A DNA stretch of 63,035 nucleotides, the filler included, from Reticulomyxa filosa (taxonomy: Eukaryota; Protista; Foraminifera), in NCBI GenBank assembly GCA_000512085.1. It is 15 parts of 15 records of this genome, joined end to end, with 100 filler letters (N's around TTAATTAATTAA, not from the genome) between each part and the next. Parts side by side here need not be neighbours in the genome. Positions count along the whole stretch, not along the records: positions 59,466 to 63,035 come from ASPP01015117.1; 14 more parts are not named here. One strand, 5' to 3'. Shown piece by piece: positions 61,708 to 63,035 of this stretch (the stretch's first letter is position 1; the number at the start of each line of letters is the position of its first letter). Under the pieces are notes generated by a model. That model was given only the letters and a program-made list of their open reading frames with translations, made no database searches and was not told the origin of the DNA. Position numbers and translations under genes: made by a program.

Positions 61708-63035
61708 ATATTTATGTGTATAAAGCAGACATATAAATCAGTTACCTGCCCCTTTAATTTTCCAGAATGCAAGCATGGGTATGAAAGGGGACGTTGGAGT
61801 AAGTCATCATACCAACTTAATAATAAATGTTCGTAGGAAGTAACATTGTTTTTGAACTGGTCCAGCGAGTGTATTTTCTTTCGCAAATCGTCATAGCCGA
61901 TATCGATCTCGGTGTCCAGCACAGCGACTTTTTCACTGCAGTAGACAGTGCTAGTTCCGTTCACATCCATGCCCAAGGCTCTGTCCAAGTTCATGAAAGG
62001 CGAGGACAAGTCCCGCACATCGGTAATGGCATAAATATTTTTTTGAATCTTTTTCACAGGCGCCATGCCCTTTTCGAGCAAAAAGCGTTCGCCATTTGAG
62101 CACCGGAATTTATTGTCTCCAAGGTTGCAGTCGTCATGAAAAAATCGATCTTTTGTGTCGCATGTGATATTGTACAATATCCACTCTTTGTATTCTTCCG
62201 GGGCGCGTTTGAAATGTTGCAGCACGCGTTGTTTGATTTGTTTTGCAGAGGTGCGATCTTTGAAGATGAATGCAATGAAATCGGATTGCACAAATGTGTT
62301 TTCATCCGCAATGCTGATACACAGCAAGCGTTCATCGGGATGTGCATAGCGATCGGCTTCCAATATCAAGTCGGCATCATCGCGAAACGCGTGCGGCGGA
62401 TCGACGAGAAAGGGTGTGCTATCACGCACTTGCCATACGCGCAAGTCTTGGGACGGGTTGATTTGCAATTGTTTGCGGACCTCTTCAAACAGTGTATGCA
62501 ATTGATACGGTTTTGTCACTTTCAAAATCACCTGTGGAGGGGATGCCGTGGCTTTGTTCTGAATCGTCAATTGTAAGAATTGCGTTCGATTTTGCCAATC
62601 ACGTGCAGCTCTGGATGTCATATTGGGTAGCAATCCTTCCGACGTTTCAAAGCAAATGTACGGCCTATCTCGGAACGTCGCTGAATACGACAGTGGAAAG
62701 TTGGCTGCCAGCAAATCGTTGTGTGTGATACTTGGCTCCATCCCGTCCTCCAATGCGTCGCGCACGTGGGAAGGTGGAGGCGAAATTGTGCGCGAACGAT
62801 ACTTTGGATTGGTTCTTGTCCAATAACGTATGGGATCGATATTGTCATGCAGGACTTGCGCGAAATTCTTTTGCAAAAACAAGTCCATGTGGTATCGATT
62901 TGAAGTCATTACAGTCTTTGCGGAGGAGCTCTCACTTGGAATAGTGGTAGTGGTAGTGGTAGTGGTAGTGGTGGTGATGGTAGCGGAGGAAGAGGAGGAG
63001 GAGGAGTTCACGACATTGCCAAAATACACGACGTC
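60844..63035 (-). CDS. large protein C-terminal region, possibly a USP40/USP47-like ubiquitin-like-domain tail (5'-truncated)
   Basis: 442-codon and 217-codon exons separated by an intron containing (TA)n; Ubl-like segments (DLRVWQV) and terminal LDGAPWNIK...EQQLRIEV. Confidence 0.45.
61667..61701. repeat. (TA)n microsatellite in intron
   Basis: Directly visible. Confidence 0.9.

Overview
This is not one continuous locus. It is 15 short, AT-rich eukaryotic contigs joined by 14 identical artificial 100-bp spacers (N44-TTAATTAATTAA-N44), so adjacency across a spacer means nothing. Genes carry short spliceosomal introns. The WD40 family signature, Gly-rich coiled-coil proteins and abundant pseudogenes fit a foraminiferan such as Reticulomyxa filosa (inferred from recalled family motifs, not a search). 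Recognisable housekeeping genes, some partial: homogentisate 1,2-dioxygenase, Mediator Med8, a RING E3, a Pumilio/PUF protein, a G-protein alpha subunit, a divergent actin, succinyl-CoA ligase beta, the Vps8 and eS1/S3a C-termini, a CTL/SLC44-like transporter and several WD40 genes or pseudogenes. Remnants of an LTR family and of a pogo/Tc1-like TIR recur across contigs. Three genes stand out: (1) an intron-containing secreted peptidoglycan-binding plus YkuD/L,D-transpeptidase-fold protein with an intact His/Cys motif; (2) a SAM-domain plus OAS-like nucleotidyltransferase whose catalytic acidic triad appears substituted; (3) a predicted myristoylated PUD-1/2-like beta-sandwich, Gly/Ala hydrophobic segment and permuted-papain (PPPDE/LRAT-like) fusion. 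Many frameshifts in otherwise intact genes fall in homopolymer runs and are probably sequencing errors. All family assignments are from motif reading by eye.
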